From contig CAXXVL010000001.1 of NCBI GenBank assembly GCA_963667845.2, positions 928,001 to 992,000 of the forward strand: a DNA stretch of 64,000 bases. The letters run 5' to 3'. Made by a program: the position numbers and the translations under genes. A model generated the notes under the pieces. The model made no database searches. It was not told the origin of the DNA and saw only the letters and a list, made by a program, of their open reading frames with translations. Below are positions 63,014-64,000 of the stretch, in pieces. How positions within the stretch are numbered: position 1 is the stretch's first letter; each line of letters starts with the position of its first letter. The DNA is from Smithellaceae bacterium (GTDB lineage Bacteria; Desulfobacterota; Syntrophia; Syntrophales; Smithellaceae).

Positions 63014-64000
63014 TTAAAGGCTCTTGACCTTTTCGTTGAAAACTTTTTCCAGCTCGGCCAGCGCTACTTTGAGATCCGACTCTTCAATGGTGGGACCGCA
63101 CCAAAAACGGTAACCGGCGGGTGCATCCTTATAAGAGTTGATGTCGTGGGCGATGTTTTTCTTGCTCAGATCGGAAGCGATGCTTTTCAGGAACTTGCCT
63201 TTTGCGTCCGCGTCCAGCGCTGCAACTTTGGGATGCGTTACGGACAGACACACGGACGTGTTGGAGCGCACTTTGGCGTCCTGGGCCAGGAATTCGATCC
63301 AGTCGGTCTTGGCAACCCAGTCGGCAACGACTTTCAGGTTGCCTTCGCTTTTCTTAATGAGGCCCTGGAGGCCGATTTTGCCTGCCCAATCCAGTGCGTC
63401 CAGATAATCTTCGACGCAGATCATCGAAGGCGTATTGATGACGTCTCCATCAAAGATCGCCTTGCTGATCTTATCGCCTTTTTTCAGACGGAAGATTTTC
63501 GGCATCGGCCAGGGCGGTGTATAGGATTCCAGGCGGGCGACGGCTTTGGGGCTCAGGACCATCATGCCGTGCGCGGCTTCGCCGCCCAGGCATTTCTGCC
63601 AGGAATAAGTGAGAACGTCAATTTTGCTCCAGTCGACATCCTGGGCAAAAACATAGCTTGTGGCATCGCACAGGGACAAGCCCTCGCGGTCGGCGGGAAT
63701 CCAGTTCCAATCGGGGATCCGCACGCCGCTGGTGGTGCCGTTGGATACGAAAACTACATCGGTCTTCCAATCCACTTTGGAAAGGTCGGGAATTTTGCCG
63801 TAATCGGCCTTGATAATCGTGGGATTAAGTTTAAGCTGCTTATTGACGTCCGTGGCCCATCCTTCCGAGAAACTTTCCCAGACCAAAACGGTGACCGGTT
63901 TGGGACCCAGGAGTGACCACATGGCGCATTCGAAAGCACCGGTATCGGAAGCCGGCAGAATGCCCACGAGGTAATCTGACGGGATATTTAAGACTTTGCG
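63014..64000 (-). CDS. serC: Phosphoserine aminotransferase, Methanosarcina-type (5' end beyond the window)
   Basis: PASDTGAFE, NGTTSGV, DATS, SWQK.LGGE and INTPS motifs; the frame stays open to the window edge; adjacent to serA. Confidence 0.9.
   Translation of the reverse strand, partial: RKVLNIPSDYLVGILPASDTGAFECAMWSLLGPKPVTVLVWESFSEGWATDVNKQLKLNPTIIKADYGKIPDLSKVDWKTDVVFVSNGTTSGVRIPDWNWIPADREGLSLCDATSYVFAQDVDWSKIDVLTYSWQKCLGGEAAHGMMVLSPKAVARLESYTPPWPMPKIFRLKKGDKISKAIFDGDVINTPSMICVEDYLDALDWAGKIGLQGLIKKSEGNLKVVADWVAKTDWIEFLAQDAKVRSNTSVCLSVTHPKVAALDADAKGKFLKSIASDLSKKNIAHDINSYKDAPAGYRFWCGPTIEESDLKVALAELEKVFNEKVKSL

Overview
Bacterial chromosomal window. The housekeeping genes (clpS-clpA-aat, purA, serA, Methanosarcina-type serC) look deltaproteobacterial/Syntrophales-like, which is an unverified inference. 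The first ~35.5 kb is a single-strand (+) signalling island. It has seven zinc-ribbon/Hanks-type Ser/Thr kinase genes (one a pseudogene) built from three kinase cassettes, two present as nearly or fully DNA-identical copies, each joined to a different C-terminal module: FGE-sulfatase/CLec domains with DGR variable-region-like ends, TPRs, PEGA-like domains, novel W/C-rich repeats, and a DnaJ-like Zn finger plus ribosomal L7/L12-like and L11-like domains. The island also contains one unrelated kinase, a rodA-pbpA pair, an fhaA-fhaB-PP2C operon (the gene set of the actinobacterial/firmicute pknB locus), and an ECF sigma/ZAS anti-sigma pair. A candidate promoter for that sigma (TGYATAAA-N14-CGTCWA) occurs four times, in front of four of the island's operons. 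No reverse transcriptase or clear template repeat is in the window. Next come an accessory region (VirD4/HerA-like ATPase, an unannotated stand-alone C3HC4 RING microprotein, macrodomain, IS3 element, PP2C, methyltransferase, cREC-like receiver), clpS-clpA(frameshifted in an A8 run)-aat, and a DUF3489-DUF2924-large serine recombinase element with an AT-rich N6-methylase/nuclease pair. The window ends with three 204-bp tRNA-linked repeats in register with tRNA-Lys(UUU), then purA-serA-serC.
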